Shown here: positions 13,900-26,984 of the stretch, one piece after another | Layout: each line of letters starts with the position of its first letter | Position numbering within the stretch: the first letter of the stretch is position 1 | Source of the DNA: Paramecium tetraurelia | Lineage: Eukaryota | Length of the DNA: 64,000 bases | Direction: 5' to 3' | Assembly (NCBI GenBank): GCA_000165425.1 | Contig: CT868066.1 | Span: forward strand, 62,001-126,000 | Program-made: the position numbers and the translations under genes | The notes under the pieces: model-generated | The model's database searches: none | What the model saw: only the letters and a program-made list of their open reading frames with translations | Told to the model about the DNA's origin: nothing

Positions 13900-14700
13900 A
13901 ACTCAATTTCCACTTTAATTGGATAATAAAAATATGCGACTAAGGCAACCGCAATAGGATGTATTGGACTCAGAATATCGTGAGAACTTGTAAAATCAAT
14001 AACAATAAATAAAATTGAGATCCATCTCTACAAACGAGGGAGAGCAGATTACAAAAGGTAAGTCACCTCAGCTTCCATAAGTTCTGTTAAATTATTATCA
14101 CAACTTGTAACTGAAGTAGGAATATGAGAATGAACAAATTCACAGTTCTAGTTCTAAGTGGAATACAGAAGGCAGTGATCAAATATCATAGAAACCTGAT
14201 TAAAATTGTAAATCCTATTCGAGGAATTAACCAAAAAGCCTTTCAGATTAAATAGATATAGTATTAAAATAGCAAAGATTGCAATATAAATAAATAGAGA
14301 AATAAAATTAATATTATCAGGATATTCTAAAGAAGTAGCAATTGGAGTTGAGTTGCGATGAATTTAGAATGCCTGAAATATGTACAATCAATACTTCATA
14401 ACAGATTTAAAGACAAAGACCCACTTCGAATTACTTATCAACAAAAAATACTTCTCTCAATTGCACTCAATCCTACTTTGTGTAACCCTATAACCCCATA
14501 TGTTACTATTGCAAATCAGAAATCTAGGCTAAACCAATCAAGTTTATATGCTTTCATTCATATCATTACGAATGCCTTTCGGAAATGGTACTTTATCAAA
14601 TTGAACAGAAATAGAGGAGAAAGCCACCTTAATGTTTGTGTGGACAAGATATAAAACAATAAATACTACTATAATTGCCATAAGGGTAATAATTCATCAG
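13900..14700 (-). pseudogene. decayed multi-pass membrane protein, possibly an SLC35-type transporter
   Basis: Hydrophobic fragments in shifting frames with in-frame TGAs (LSAIERSIF, AFWLIPRIGFTILI); boundaries approximate. Confidence 0.3.
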
Positions 14701-14910
14701 ATCTTTGATGTAGAAGTAGATAAAATCAATTTTTGAAAAGTATCAAGAGAATTTAAATAAGTGTCCAAATTGTGAATTCAGATTTATTTAAGATTATCGA
14801 TTGGGTAAGTAGTGTTTCTGTCCAAATTGTGAGAGAACATTTAAAATTTAGTGATATATAAATGTATTATAAATTAGTGAAAGTTTAATTTGATAATTAA
14901 TTATTATTTA

Positions 14911-16502
14911 ATGGTTAAGCGTAGCAAGGAGTAGTTCTTTAAAAAGAAGATGAACACTAAATTTAAAGCAGCCTAGAAAGGGTCCAAGAGTGGAGCCTCA
15001 ACTAATCCAGATAGAAAATTACCTGAGAAATAATTGAATGCTAAACATCAATTCTTCAGATCAAAATAAACTATTCAGAGATTGAATCTGTACAATGAGA
15101 AACCTAACAAGTATTGAATCATTTGAATCTTTAGGGAGGAAATGTGGAAACAAGCAACACAACCAGCAAGAATAGATCCAAACAGAAAGTGGTTCGGAAA
15201 CATCAGAACCATTGATCAATAATAGCTCGATAAATTGAGATAAGAAATGGCTAATAGAACACATGATCCTAGGAGTGTTCTGATCAAGGCCAAACAATTG
15301 CCTTTGTCATTGTTGGTGGAAGCACAGAAAAAGAACAAGAACGTACCTCTTTTGGAATTGGAGAGTTATGAAGTATATATATCTTTAATAACTCATAGGA
15401 CACATATGGACCTAAATCAAAAAGAAAGAGAATTAAGTTAAATGTAGAAACAATGGAAGGATTGGCAGATCATGCTGAGCAGAAGGAGTAGACTTACGTA
15501 GTGGAGAAGGATAACAAATTGAATCCTATTGAGGCAGCGCAACAGGAAAATAGAGATAAAAGATTGACAGCTGGATAATCAAAGAGAATTTGGGAAGAAC
15601 TGTATAAGGTGATTGATTCATCTGATGTATTGGTTTGTATTCTTGATGCAAGAGATCCTATGGGCACAAGATCATATCATTTAGAGAATCATATCAAGAA
15701 GAACTGTCCCCATAAGCATTTGGTATTGCTCATAAATAAATGCGATTTGATTCCTACATGGTTGACTTCTAGATGGGTTCAATATCTATCAAAGGACTAT
15801 CCAACTGTTGCCTATCATGCAAATGTGAATAAGGCTTTTGGTAAGGGTCCATTCATAAATCTGTTGAGATAGTTTGACAAATTCCATAGAGATAAATAAA
15901 CTATTTCAATTGGTTTTGTGGGATATCCAAATGTTGGCAAGAGTTCTGTTATCAACTCATTAAAAAAAAGAAAGGTCTGTAAAGCTGCTCCAGTTCCAGG
16001 AGAAACCAGAGTGTGGCAGTACGTAGCATTGACAAAAAGAATTTATTTGATTGATTGTCCAGGAGTTGTATATCAACATGAGGGAAAAGATGATGTTGAA
16101 GTTGTATTGAAGGGTTGTGTCAGAGCTGAGAAGTTGGAAGATCCTGAATATTACATTCCAGCTTTGTTGTTAAAGGCAAGGGCTTCTGATTTAAAGAGGA
16201 TTTACGATGTTGATGATTGGATAGATGAGCATGATTTCCTGAAGAAAGTTGCAGTCAAAAAAGGAAAGTTAGCAAAGGTAAATAATCTAATTATATATCT
16301 ATAGGGTGGTGAAGCTGATACTAAGGCGACTGCTAAGTTGATTCTTATGGATTGGCAAAGAGGTGAAATTCCATTCTTGACATACCCTCCTGATTATGTT
16401 CAAAAGGAAGCTGTTGAAGAAAATATAGATGTTGAAGTTCTTGAAAAGTAATAAATAGAACTGAATGACTAAAAATTATAAGAAATACTGAAACAAAATT
16501 GA
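14911..16502 (+). CDS. NOG2: nucleolar circularly permuted GTPase Nog2/GNL2
   Basis: [61 protein letters not shown]; introns 15111-15134, 15373-15398, 16278-16304. Confidence 0.96.
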
Positions 16503-16696
16503 ATTGTATTTATTAGTTCTTATTATTTGTTTGTGTAAAATTAAATTATTAATCTTTGTTTGATTCCTATAAAGAATTATTTGAATAAGTAAATGTAGTA
16601 TATGAGAAATCTTATAATTTCTATTTAAATATATTGAAACAAAATATTAATTTATGAAAAATATGACATAAATTCTATTTAATCAAAATTCTAAAT

Positions 16697-17762
16697 TCAA
16701 AGACAACAAGAGAAAAGAGAGGAGGTCATATTCAATTTCAACAAATTGATGATTTCTTAATTTTCGGTTACTTTAATTGCTGATCTCAATTCTGCATTAG
16801 TATATTTGCCAGCATTCAACAGCAATCTTACGCATTCTAAATGGTGCCATCTTGATGATACTTCTAAAGGACTTTCAGTGAGATCCTCAACAATCCGACT
16901 TCTGATGTGTGGATTGCATTCAAGTGACAACAAAAATTTAATCACTTCAACATTCCCATTCTTAGATGCAATATAAAGGGCATTTTGACCATATTAATTC
17001 AATTGGTTTATGATGTGATTTGGATCTTGTGGATTCGTCAGGTTGCTAGAATTCAATGGAGATTATTACCGTTTTGGATCTCTTTGAAGAATCTTAATCA
17101 TGTGTTGAATGTCCTCACTTGAACCGGACATAGAATGCTAAGTGAAGAGACATACTAATTTGAATTAATTGAAAATATCCATTAACCTAAGATCCTCAGA
17201 ATCTTTAGCTGGATGAATCTATTTATAATTGCTATTAAAATGACGCTAAGTAGATCCAAAATTATCATAAAATTATTCCTAATTTTATTTAGTTCTATTT
17301 TACTGTAGATTTTATTGGTTCAACAACATTTTATTGTAATCTCCATATTCCCAAAAACATATTTCCAACCGCTTTGAGTTTATTTCTCTAAGATGGAGTT
17401 GGAACTACAATTAAATCACTGTTGTGTGATTCATAATTCCTTTCATATTGCAATTGTAATTATTGATCCTCTTTCTATGTTTCCTCAGAATTGAATTTAA
17501 TAACTTTGTTGAAATCAATGAGTTCTGGTTCATTAACTTGTAATTCGAATGAAATTTATACAATTCTGATTAATTTGTAAGATATTATCAACATTAATTT
17601 AGCACTCAGATTCTACTTGCTAGAGAGTCAAATTAGTGTTCATACTTAATTCTATATCAAAGGGTTTGCTGGGTTGGGTTCCTGCTTGGCTGCTTCTGTT
17701 TGAGTCTGAGTATTCCATCTGTCAAAATCTAATTTTAGATTATCCACGCTATAGGTCCTCAT
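16697..17762 (-). CDS. ankyrin-repeat protein ending in a di-cysteine (SCCL*)
   Basis: NQYGQNALYIASKNGNVEVIKFLL and ESPLEVSSRWHHLECVRLLL ankyrin repeats; several tiny introns; may be fused to the upstream frame. Confidence 0.82.
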
Positions 17763-18724
17763 ATTATCATTGTTTAAACTGAAATTATGGTGAGATTAGC
17801 ACTGTTCTGATTGTGGAAAGTTCTGCGTATTTTCTTTTAAATGCAAACTGTGTTCAAAATTAGGAATCATAAAATAATATAATTTATTCTTTTGATTTTT
17901 ATACAATTTGGTATAATGCATAAATATAATTGAATTTTCATTGCTTATAATACTTTTCCCAATACACATTGTAAGCCTATGATTCTTAATCAATTGATCA
18001 TGACTGCCCTCTTTTATAATTTCTTGTTTCTTTCTCTGAGATATTATTTTCTTCTGTACTAGTTAAATAACTCCAACTATCATACATTTGAGTACTGAAT
18101 TGTGAATGCGATATAGGGTATAGGCAGCAAATGTTGTTACGAAGGATGTAAGAATGGCCAACCAAAATTAAAACAGAGTATGGTTGTTGTTAACGAAATG
18201 TCTGCTAAAAGAGGAAGGAAATATTGTTCCAGAGATCTTAAGTTTGATTCGATTCCCTTCAAAGGCCTTATAAAGGGAGTAGATATTTGATCTCGATGAA
18301 GTATTTAAATGAAATTCAGCACCCAAATAAAATAAATTTTCATAGGTTTGAAGCGACATTTCTCTCAAAGCCAAAATGTTGATTTCGGATAGGTTTCTGT
18401 TCCTCAGACCCTCCAAGTACACATAGGCAAAGTAGTTTATATTTTATAATACATTGATTATGACTTAGTACCCAAGGAAAAAAAGAGTGGAGTACATAAT
18501 AGTCGCTGGATTTGAAACCATGTTTATGCCATATTTTATACAAAAGGGTCCTCCAACGAAATAGGATTTATTCATTTACAAATTGAAGTAAGGCTTCACT
18601 TTGTGGAATCTAATTTTTATAATATGCCTATATTACTGGAGGTTTCAGATGTTGGCAAGCAGTACTTTTTATAGATTTAGAGCAGATTGACATAGTTATC
18701 CTGAATTTAGAGTTTATTTTTCAT
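17763..18724 (-). CDS. hypothetical membrane protein, 3' end unresolved
   Basis: ATG 18724, 30-nt intron containing an in-frame TGA, then YFVGGPFC...YLEGLRN...FWLAILTSFVTTFAAYTLY; frame stays open into the ankyrin gene. Confidence 0.6.
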
Positions 18725-18868
18725 AATATTAATTTATTATTCATTAATTATCATTTAGTTCTATAGCTTCAATCTAAAGAAGGTATATGTGACATCCACA
18801 GTGTAATGTCACAGGAAGAGATGAAAAATATAGAATTATTCATATATTCTAATTAATTGCCATATAAT

Positions 18869-19292
18869 TCATTATTAATTATACAATTTGCAGTAGTAAT
18901 CATGCTTGAGTTAGACTTTTTGAAGTTGATTCCTGATATTTACGTTATCTGCTATCATTAATTATTCGTATAATCTAGTCTGACTCTTAAACAGTTAAAT
19001 CAAATGAGCACAAATTTCCTTGTAACTCATCTGATGATGCTGAGAATGAGGTGATGTCGTTACTCTAACCGGCTTGCGAATTTGCATTAACTCATTTTCC
19101 TTATTGGGAGAGTGCAATCTTAATCGCGGTTTCTACTCACTTACATTAAGATCTTGAATTTTACGTTTAGGGTTTATTCATCCGATAAAAAGGGGAGCAT
19201 TTGCTTATTCTTGGGTGCTTCTATGCACTAAAACTACCGTTGATTCCCAGTTCATCTGCACCAAAAGTAAATCCGGCAAATGAGGTATCCAT
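18869..19292 (-). CDS. hypothetical protein (~132 aa)
   Basis: MDTSFAGFTFGADELG...; a 25-nt intron gtaaaattcaagatcttaatgtaag restores the frame to TGA 18869-18871. Confidence 0.65.
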
Positions 19293-20179
19293 ATGTCTGT
19301 TATAATTAATATTAATATTGCTAAGTCATAAAAATCAATTTTTGAGGGTTAATAATATTTAAACACTAAGAAAAATCGAGACCATTTTTGAATGATATTT
19401 GAGGTTAATTACAATAAGGTTATGCGGATGAATATGAAGAAAATAATCGATATGATATTAAATCTATCTATAATAATGAAATTACAAAAATATTACATTA
19501 ACAAATTATTATAATTTTTTAGGAATGTTATAAATATTGGGAATGAAGATATTCTAATCATTTTAATAGAATATTCATAATATATATTTTAATTAATTTG
19601 CTAATATTTTCTTATTTATGTGAATTAGTTTTAGATAAAAAATTGAAAAATTTAGAAAACAAACTTTAATGTTTGAGTTATGTTAAAATTAGAGAAGAAG
19701 TTCTTTAGACAAATTTATTATTGTATATCACCAGTTTTTTGTGTGATTAAGATGTGATTACTTCAGTTTTTTTGTAAATATCCAATATTCTTTTGATTAA
19801 TACTTGAAATTACAATAACTCCAAAAAGGAATTATTCAAATCATCACAAAATCCTATATTTCTAATAATCAAATTAATAATTTGAACCCACAATCTAACC
19901 AGCATAATTGGACGATATAAGATATCTCTTAAAATGAAAAGAGTTGATTTAAATAATAATTTATATTCTTCTTTATTTTTTTATGCTTTATAAATAGTTG
20001 CTTGTTTGAATTTCATTGTATACTTTTTTGATGACGAAAGATCATATTATATTTTTATAACTACCATTGATGGTCTCCATATCAAATAATGAAAATAGCA
20101 ATTAAGCGAGAAAAAGGAAGTCAGCTGTTGATATTAAATAAGGTTTATAATTGATATTATATATGATTGCCAAGAATAT

Positions 20180-20905
20180 TCATTCAATTGTGTTGAGATT
20201 TTAAGAAATAGTATCTAACTGTTTAGCATAACTACGAGCATATGGTGTAATTAATTGAAATTCACCAAATTTGGTCTCATAATTCTCTAAGACAGATATT
20301 CGACTCATGGTTCTAAAAGATGGCTTTGTAATGAGTCGATTCACATAATTGTACATGTCTCTCTTTCGAGGATGGATTTGATGTTTGATTTATTGTTGTT
20401 TAATAACATTAATTGTATATTGTTCTTGGATATTTCTTTGAATTTGAAATAAGTATCCTTCATGAATTCTCTGCATTTCCAAATAGACTTAATCATCGAA
20501 ATAAGCCATCCACTGAAGGAAATGGGTAAGCTGTTATTGAGGACGAAGAGCATATTGATGCGGCATCTGTGAAATCAATTGTAAGGTGCATCTGGAGAGA
20601 ATAAGATCTTCGTTGATATATTGGATAGGCACCTTGAACACATCATGGATTTCTTTGAGATGAATAGTTTGAGCATAGATCTTGGTGAGTTGATTTTTAA
20701 TGTAAGCATCAGTACGATATCTCCGCATTTCTTTTACATTCTTGCAAATCCTGGATATGTAATAGCTCAAAGGATGATGATTAAACTTAAGATTGTTCAC
20801 TTGAGTTTTTATTGTGTCTGTGACTGTATACACTGTTTAATATCTCTTAGTATTGGTTCGTGATTCATCAAGACTCGAGTACCTTACTCTTACAGCTTTA
20901 TTCAT
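20180..20905 (-). CDS. hypothetical protein (241 aa)
   Basis: Uninterrupted code-6 ORF MNKAVRVRYSSLDES...NLNTIE*, includes track ORF 20534..20833. Confidence 0.8.
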
Positions 20906-21179
20906 TAATTTTATAATAAAAAATATCAAAATTATACTCAAAACTCATATCATTATAGCTCTAAGGGAACACTTATTTCATAATAAGTTATATATCAATA
21001 TAAATTTATTTATCAAAAGATAATTGAAAATTACAATTAGTTCTAAACATTATCAAGGTTAATTGAATTGTTATGTACCCTCTAAAATTGAAATACAATT
21101 TATTTTATACACATATTGTTACAGAAATAAACAAAGTATTGTTATTATGATTTATAATATATTAATTAATTATAGTGTC

Positions 21180-21907
21180 TCAGCAAATCAAATTTTATTG
21201 ACCAAATAGTCTTTCATCACTTGAGAAGATGGGGATTTATGGAAGTGTATGTTTGTTGAATTTATTTTCTGTTAGATTGAAACATGCTCTACATGCTGGT
21301 TTATAACAATCTTCTCCTCCGATTAATTCAACTAAATTATATTTATATTTTTATACTTTCTTAAGATTAAACTGTTCTTTTAGTGAATGAGGCATTCTCT
21401 TTCTTACAAAACCAACAGACTGCTGTTAATTTGGTGATGCGCTCAGCCAAGGGAATCAAACTCAGAATGTTACGAAAAGGTTTTCTATCGAATGTGCCAT
21501 CAAGAGCTGCAACTATTACTATTTTTCCCAAATTAGCCATGGCTTCACTAAATTCAACAATCTAAAAGCATATTGAATATTAAGTTACATCGCAAAAGAA
21601 TTGGCCTTCATCAATAGCTACGACATCGTGATCTTTGCATTTCTCAAAAGCATCAAAAAGTTTGGTCACTTTTATGGCTTTCAAATATTATCTACAATTA
21701 GAACTAGATTGTTACTTGTCATGACTAGAAATACACTAATCATCTGAGTATCTGTTATCATTAGCGTAATTTAAGACTACACATTTTCTCTCTGAAATTG
21801 TAAATCTCTTAACTAACCTCATTAGTTCACTTGTTTTTCCAGAAAACTACATTACTAAAATATATTACCATTGGACCATATATTACTGAGATAGTGCCTG
21901 TGAACAT
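21180..21907 (-). CDS. TK1: thymidine kinase, TK1 family
   Basis: [12 protein letters not shown]-loop, [47 protein letters not shown]; four tiny introns. Confidence 0.97.
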
Positions 21908-21970
21908 TTATTTAATTTTCAAATTATTTTAATGCGCTCAATAAATTATTTCAAATTAAGTACCTTTTCA

Positions 21971-21987
21971 TTTCCCGCTCTTTTGAA
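21971..21987. promoter_or_regulatory. E2F/DP consensus site TTTCCCGC with adjacent TTTGAA (CHR-like) upstream of thymidine kinase
   Basis: tttcccgc at 21971-21978, 64 nt upstream of the TK ATG; tttgaa at 21982-21987; a second ttcaaa at 21950-21955. Confidence 0.45.
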
Positions 21988-22206
21988 ATTTTAAAATACC
22001 CTCATTTACAATGGTGAAATATTCTATTATGAGATTTCAACAAGGCTCACTCTATCAAAAAGGAAATATCACCTCAATCAAACATAATCAATATTATATC
22101 AATAATAATCAAATCAATAAACCACATTTTTAGAAGGATTTTGTTATAATGCACTGATCCACTCCAACCTTAGGGTGTGTATTAAATTGTTATAATATAA
22201 ATTATT

Positions 22207-23407
22207 ATGTAATAAAAAATTATATAAAGACTCCATGGTTAAGCACAAAATTATGCTTGGGGAATGTTGTCATCCAACCCAGATTGTCTGGTGTACAAGT
22301 TGACTCAAAAGACATCTAATGAAGCAAGACCGTTTGCTGAGTTTTGGATGGGCAGTCATCCATCATTACCATCATTGTATGAGAATGGAGAAAAGGTTAA
22401 TTTAGATCTCCCGTATCTCTTTAAAGTGTTGTCTGTTGATTAAGTACAAAATTTAATCGATTAAGCCACTCTCCATTCAAATACATCCCAATAAGGAGTA
22501 AGCTAAGATTCTGCATGCAACAAAACCAAATCTATATCCTGATGATAATCACAAACCAGAGATGGCTATTGCCTTAACCAATTTCGAAGCCTTGGTAGGC
22601 TTTGCTGATAAATAAACCATAATTCACAACATCGACAGAGTATTATATGTAAGCATACTCTCTAGAATCCTCAAATAATATAGAAAATTGGTGAAAATCT
22701 GTGGAACCAATTTTTGGCTGCACAAAATTAATAGGCTCAGGACATTTTGAGATAAATAGTAGCCATATTTTTATCATTGACTCAAGACGAAGTGAAACAG
22801 ATCTTAGACGACTTCTAATGGCCAATTAAATGCAATCCAAGTTTGGACCCAGGTTCGAAAATTGAAAAATATGATGTTGGTTATTTATTTCTCCTGTTGA
22901 TGAACCATCTCATATTGTAACCTGGTTAGGCAGTAGTATTGGAGGCTGGATTGATTCATGCATATTTAAAAGGGAATATCATTGAAACAATGGCAAATTC
23001 TGATAATGTTGTTAGATGTGGATTCACTCCTAAATAGAAAGATGTGGAAACAATGAAAGAGATTCTAATCTGTGAGATGAAATAGCCCAACTATGTTGAA
23101 CCAATTGTCGAGGAGTCTAATGAATATACATTCAAACAATACTTAACCAAGTATTAGGAATTTGCTTGTGTATTTATTTTGATAAACAAATTAGGATTGT
23201 TTGGAATTGAAGCCTCAAGAGAAATCAAAAGGATTTAAATTAAAATAGCATTCTATTTTGTTGTGCCTCTAAGGACTTGGTAAATTAATTAATGAGGAGG
23301 GACAATATGATCTTGGATTCGGATAGACTTATTTAATCAATAAAGAAATCGAAGTCCATTTTCAAGTAGATTAACACTTATAATTGTATGTTTGTTATTC
23401 GGAATGA
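22207..23407 (+). CDS. MPI: mannose-6-phosphate isomerase, type I
   Basis: [78 protein letters not shown]. Confidence 0.96.
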
Positions 23408-23449
23408 GTTATTTATTTATTATTTTAGAACCATAATTTATTATTAATT

Positions 23450-24547
23450 ATGATTTACCTAGTATTGATACTGTTGAGAGTATCTGATGGTTTGGATTTG
23501 GGGGAGATTCCTTGTAATTAGTTTAACAATGAAGGATCGTGTAAATAGAGTGGTTATTGTTAATGGTCTGGTTAATGTTATGGATAGCATTGTCATTTGA
23601 TAGATGAGGTTGCAGCATGTAGGAATGCTGGGATTATGACTCTTTACTGTGTAGCAGTCCCTTACATGCCACTTCAATACGCTTAAACTTGTTATGAAAA
23701 TACTTCATCAGGTTTGAAGACTTATTACTCACGATTTGTTTCAGATTTGACAATAGATGTGATACAACAAACAAGTATTTTGTTCAGTGATCTAATCAAT
23801 GGAGAGAGGAGCATAACTAATATGTTAAGATTGTACAATCTTGATGTGTTGTCAAGATAGAATGATGAGTTAAATCAGATTTTGGATTTGTACATCTCAT
23901 TTGCCGAATTGTTGATCACCTAATATTCACATCCCTATTATTTAGAGAGAATAATGTATGAATCAATCTAAAATATCAGAGATGATACTCAATTAAATAT
24001 TTCAAAGAAGAGAAACACTATGATTAAGATTTTGGAAATTCTTGACATTTATTATTTAAGGTTGAAGACATTTTCAGAGTTTTATTAAACACAGTATAAT
24101 TTTATTAATTTCAACCAGGTTCATTTGAAATACCTATAATTATAATATTTGGGATAGGCTACTATAACATGGACTGAGTATGAATCAAATGGGATGTTGT
24201 AAGTGACTGTGCTGTACGCAGAAATCTTTGGTAAGTAATCTCCCATGACTCCAATTTATATCATAAGAACCAGCAACAATATAAATTTGTAATATAAATT
24301 AAAATGCTATTTCAATACCTTTCGCCCGGTGGCATTAAAACAAATCAATTTGATAACGATGAAAATGTACGAAACCTTTGTGCAACCATAATGTAGTAGT
24401 GGATACTGTGAGGTTGACTTGTAAGGAGCAGGCAATTACTTATTTGTAGACATGTCCAAAGTTGATTAATGTAATGCTATATAAAGTATAACTACTTGCG
24501 TGTTAGCTAACTGTGTGGTAGATCTGCAGAGCCGTACTTGTCATTGA
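23450..24547 (+). CDS. secreted protein (365 aa) with Cys-rich termini, ciliate mini-antigen-like
   Basis: Uninterrupted ORF; signal peptide MIYLVLILLRVSDG; CNQFNNEGSCKQSGYCQWSGQC module; C-terminal Cys cluster; no TM anchor. Confidence 0.85.
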
Positions 24548-24704
24548 TTATTTTACACTTTACCATATCTTATAGAATTATACATCATATTGTTAATATA
24601 ATATCAGTAGTATAGAGATGTTAAATAGCAAGACTATTGATGCAAGTTGGTACTAAAATAATTGATTTGATATAATATTTAAATTTGATAATTGATTTCA
24701 ATAA

Positions 24705-26458
24705 ATGGGAGTTTGTACCTCTTAAAGTTAGCCAAAGAAAGTAAAAGAACATAAACATCAATCTGTAACCTTGCCACCTCAGTAGCCACTAACTACAAGG
24801 GAACAAAAAACGGTTACTATGTAATGTTAAGAGCAAACTTCGATTCAAAGAATTACAACACCAGTTCGTCGTGTTTCACCCAATCAAGCGACAACTCCAG
24901 CCAAAAAGGCATCACCAAATCAAGCAACCACTCCAGTTTAAAGGGTTTCTCCGTCTCTGCACTCAACCCCAAAAACAATGATTGTCTAATCAACATAATA
25001 ACAAGAGAAAGCCAGGAATGGATCTCTATTGAATATTCCTATGTAAAGAGTGAGCACCAGACCAGGATCAAAATCCATCCAATCCCCAGCATCCAGAAAA
25101 TATTCAATTGTCTCTGGATAGAGTCATCACAGTATACATTTGTCATATTATTGAAGATAACCAAAGCAAAACGGTCATGCAACACAATGAAACTGGACAA
25201 CTCGTACTAGTTGAAATGCTCAAATTTGAGAATAGAAATCAACAATACATTGATATGCTTGATGAACTTCTATTGGTAATTCTCTCTAAAATAATAAATT
25301 AGAACCACATGCACATTATTAAGATTGTAGACATTCACGTTGATTCCCATAAAAGAAGTTATCAGGTGGTTTATGAACATTGTCAAGGTGGAACACTCTC
25401 CAAATTTCTAGAGTCTAACAAATTGGAATACCAAACCATCGGATCTATATTTTATCAAATGGTAGAGGCCTTGGCATATGTTCATCAATTAGGCTACAGT
25501 CATGATGAATTGACCATTGATAGTTTCTCAGTCTTTGATGATTCCTCCACTCCCTTCATCAAACTATCTGACATCAGAAGCATCTATTAATTTATGTATC
25601 CTAAGAATTCTCTTCTTTATGAACCACCAAACTCACCTAATCATCATCATCACAACAGAGATACTGGCAAACTCTAAAGCATTCAAACAAAAAACAGAAG
25701 TTAATCCAATGACATCTGGGCTTTGGCCATAATTGCCTTACAATTGTTAAATCAGTAATTTCCTTTTGAAATCGAAGAAATCAGCAAATTCAAACCAGAA
25801 ATAACCTATGCCAAACAGGCATTAGACGTCTATCCTTTATTGTTTGAAATGCTTCATCATAACCCTAGTGAGAGATTGACTCTGGACAAATGCTTGCTTC
25901 ACCCTTATTTACTTAATATGAAGTAGATTCAAGCCAAGGACTACTTGTAACCCTTTACGAATATCACCAAATGCAAGAATATGACCTATCTACACAAATG
26001 TCTCTTTCGATATCTTCTATCCATATATGCGACTGATCACTTGAAGGTACTTACCAAACTATTCACCAATGCAGACCTCGACAAAGATGGTAAATTAAAT
26101 GAGCAAGAATTAAATCTACTCTTCAACGAAAAACCTGAAGAGTACTCTCTTAATATTTCCGATTTTGTTGACATAACTCTGGACGATTTTCTATTATTGG
26201 CTGCCGATAAATAGTTTGTGCTTACATAGGATTGTCTCATGTAAAGTTTTAAGGTTTTGTCAAAATCCTATGGTTACATAACACCAAAATTAATTTGTAA
26301 GGTGATTGCAGATTGTGATGAGGCTAGGCTGCAACAAGACTTTGATACTTTTAACTTAAATTATGCAGTAAATATGCATATTAAACTCATTTTAGTTTTA
26401 ATTAAAGGAATACGAGGAGTTTCTCGCCAATTACCAATCTCCTAAGTCGATTGTTTGA
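24705..26458 (+). CDS. N-myristoylated CDPK-like pseudokinase with a C-terminal EF-hand
   Basis: MGVCTS start; HMHIIKIVD, VVYEHCQGGTL, NDIWAL, NPSERLTLDKCLLHPY; HRD and DFG replaced by HDE and DIR; EF loop DLDKDGKLNEQE. Confidence 0.88.
24855..24960 (+). repeat. three imperfect 36-nt coding tandem repeats
   Basis: TTPVRRVSPNQA / TTPAKKASPNQA / TTPVQRVSPSL. Confidence 0.85.
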
Positions 26459-26984
26459 GGATGCTGGTCAAAATTGTATTAATTTTATTATTTATATTGA
26501 TTCTTCACTTTCAAAAATATATAAAACTCTCTAAAATCATCAATATTCCCTCCGTGTCTACTTCAGTGAAGAATCATATATTTTTAATTATATTTTTATT
26601 TATTCATGAAGGTAATAAAATAGTAGTTTTAAAAAATAGGTAAATTTACAAAATCATGCCATTGCACTTTTTAATGTCAATGAAAGATCAACATAAAGAG
26701 GAGTGTTGAAATGTTGATTGTACATATTTTTTAATTAAATTTTTCATATGACGTATATATTTTTATTTTACAAAATTCATTTTTTTAATAACCATCGAGT
26801 TCATCTTAATCAACATCTAGTCAAGCTCTGTTGGACAAGACATCTTCTCTAGTTCAAAGAGAGATTATGGTGTTGAAAAGTCAGAACAGAGTCAAAATAC
26901 AAGAAAAATATGTGTATTTGAAAATAATGCTGGATAAATTTTATATAATGACTACTAATTTAGATTATTTTCCAAATTTTATTT

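Noticed and set aside
18788..18813. Hairpin tgtgacat/atgtcaca with CAGTGT in the loop, resembling an iron-responsive element
   Set aside because: The five bases flanking CAGTGT do not pair as an IRE upper stem requires; an 8-bp stem alone is weak evidence
22845..22862. GGTTCGAA T-loop-like motif suggesting a tRNA
   Set aside because: Lies inside the MPI coding frame and no cloverleaf can be built
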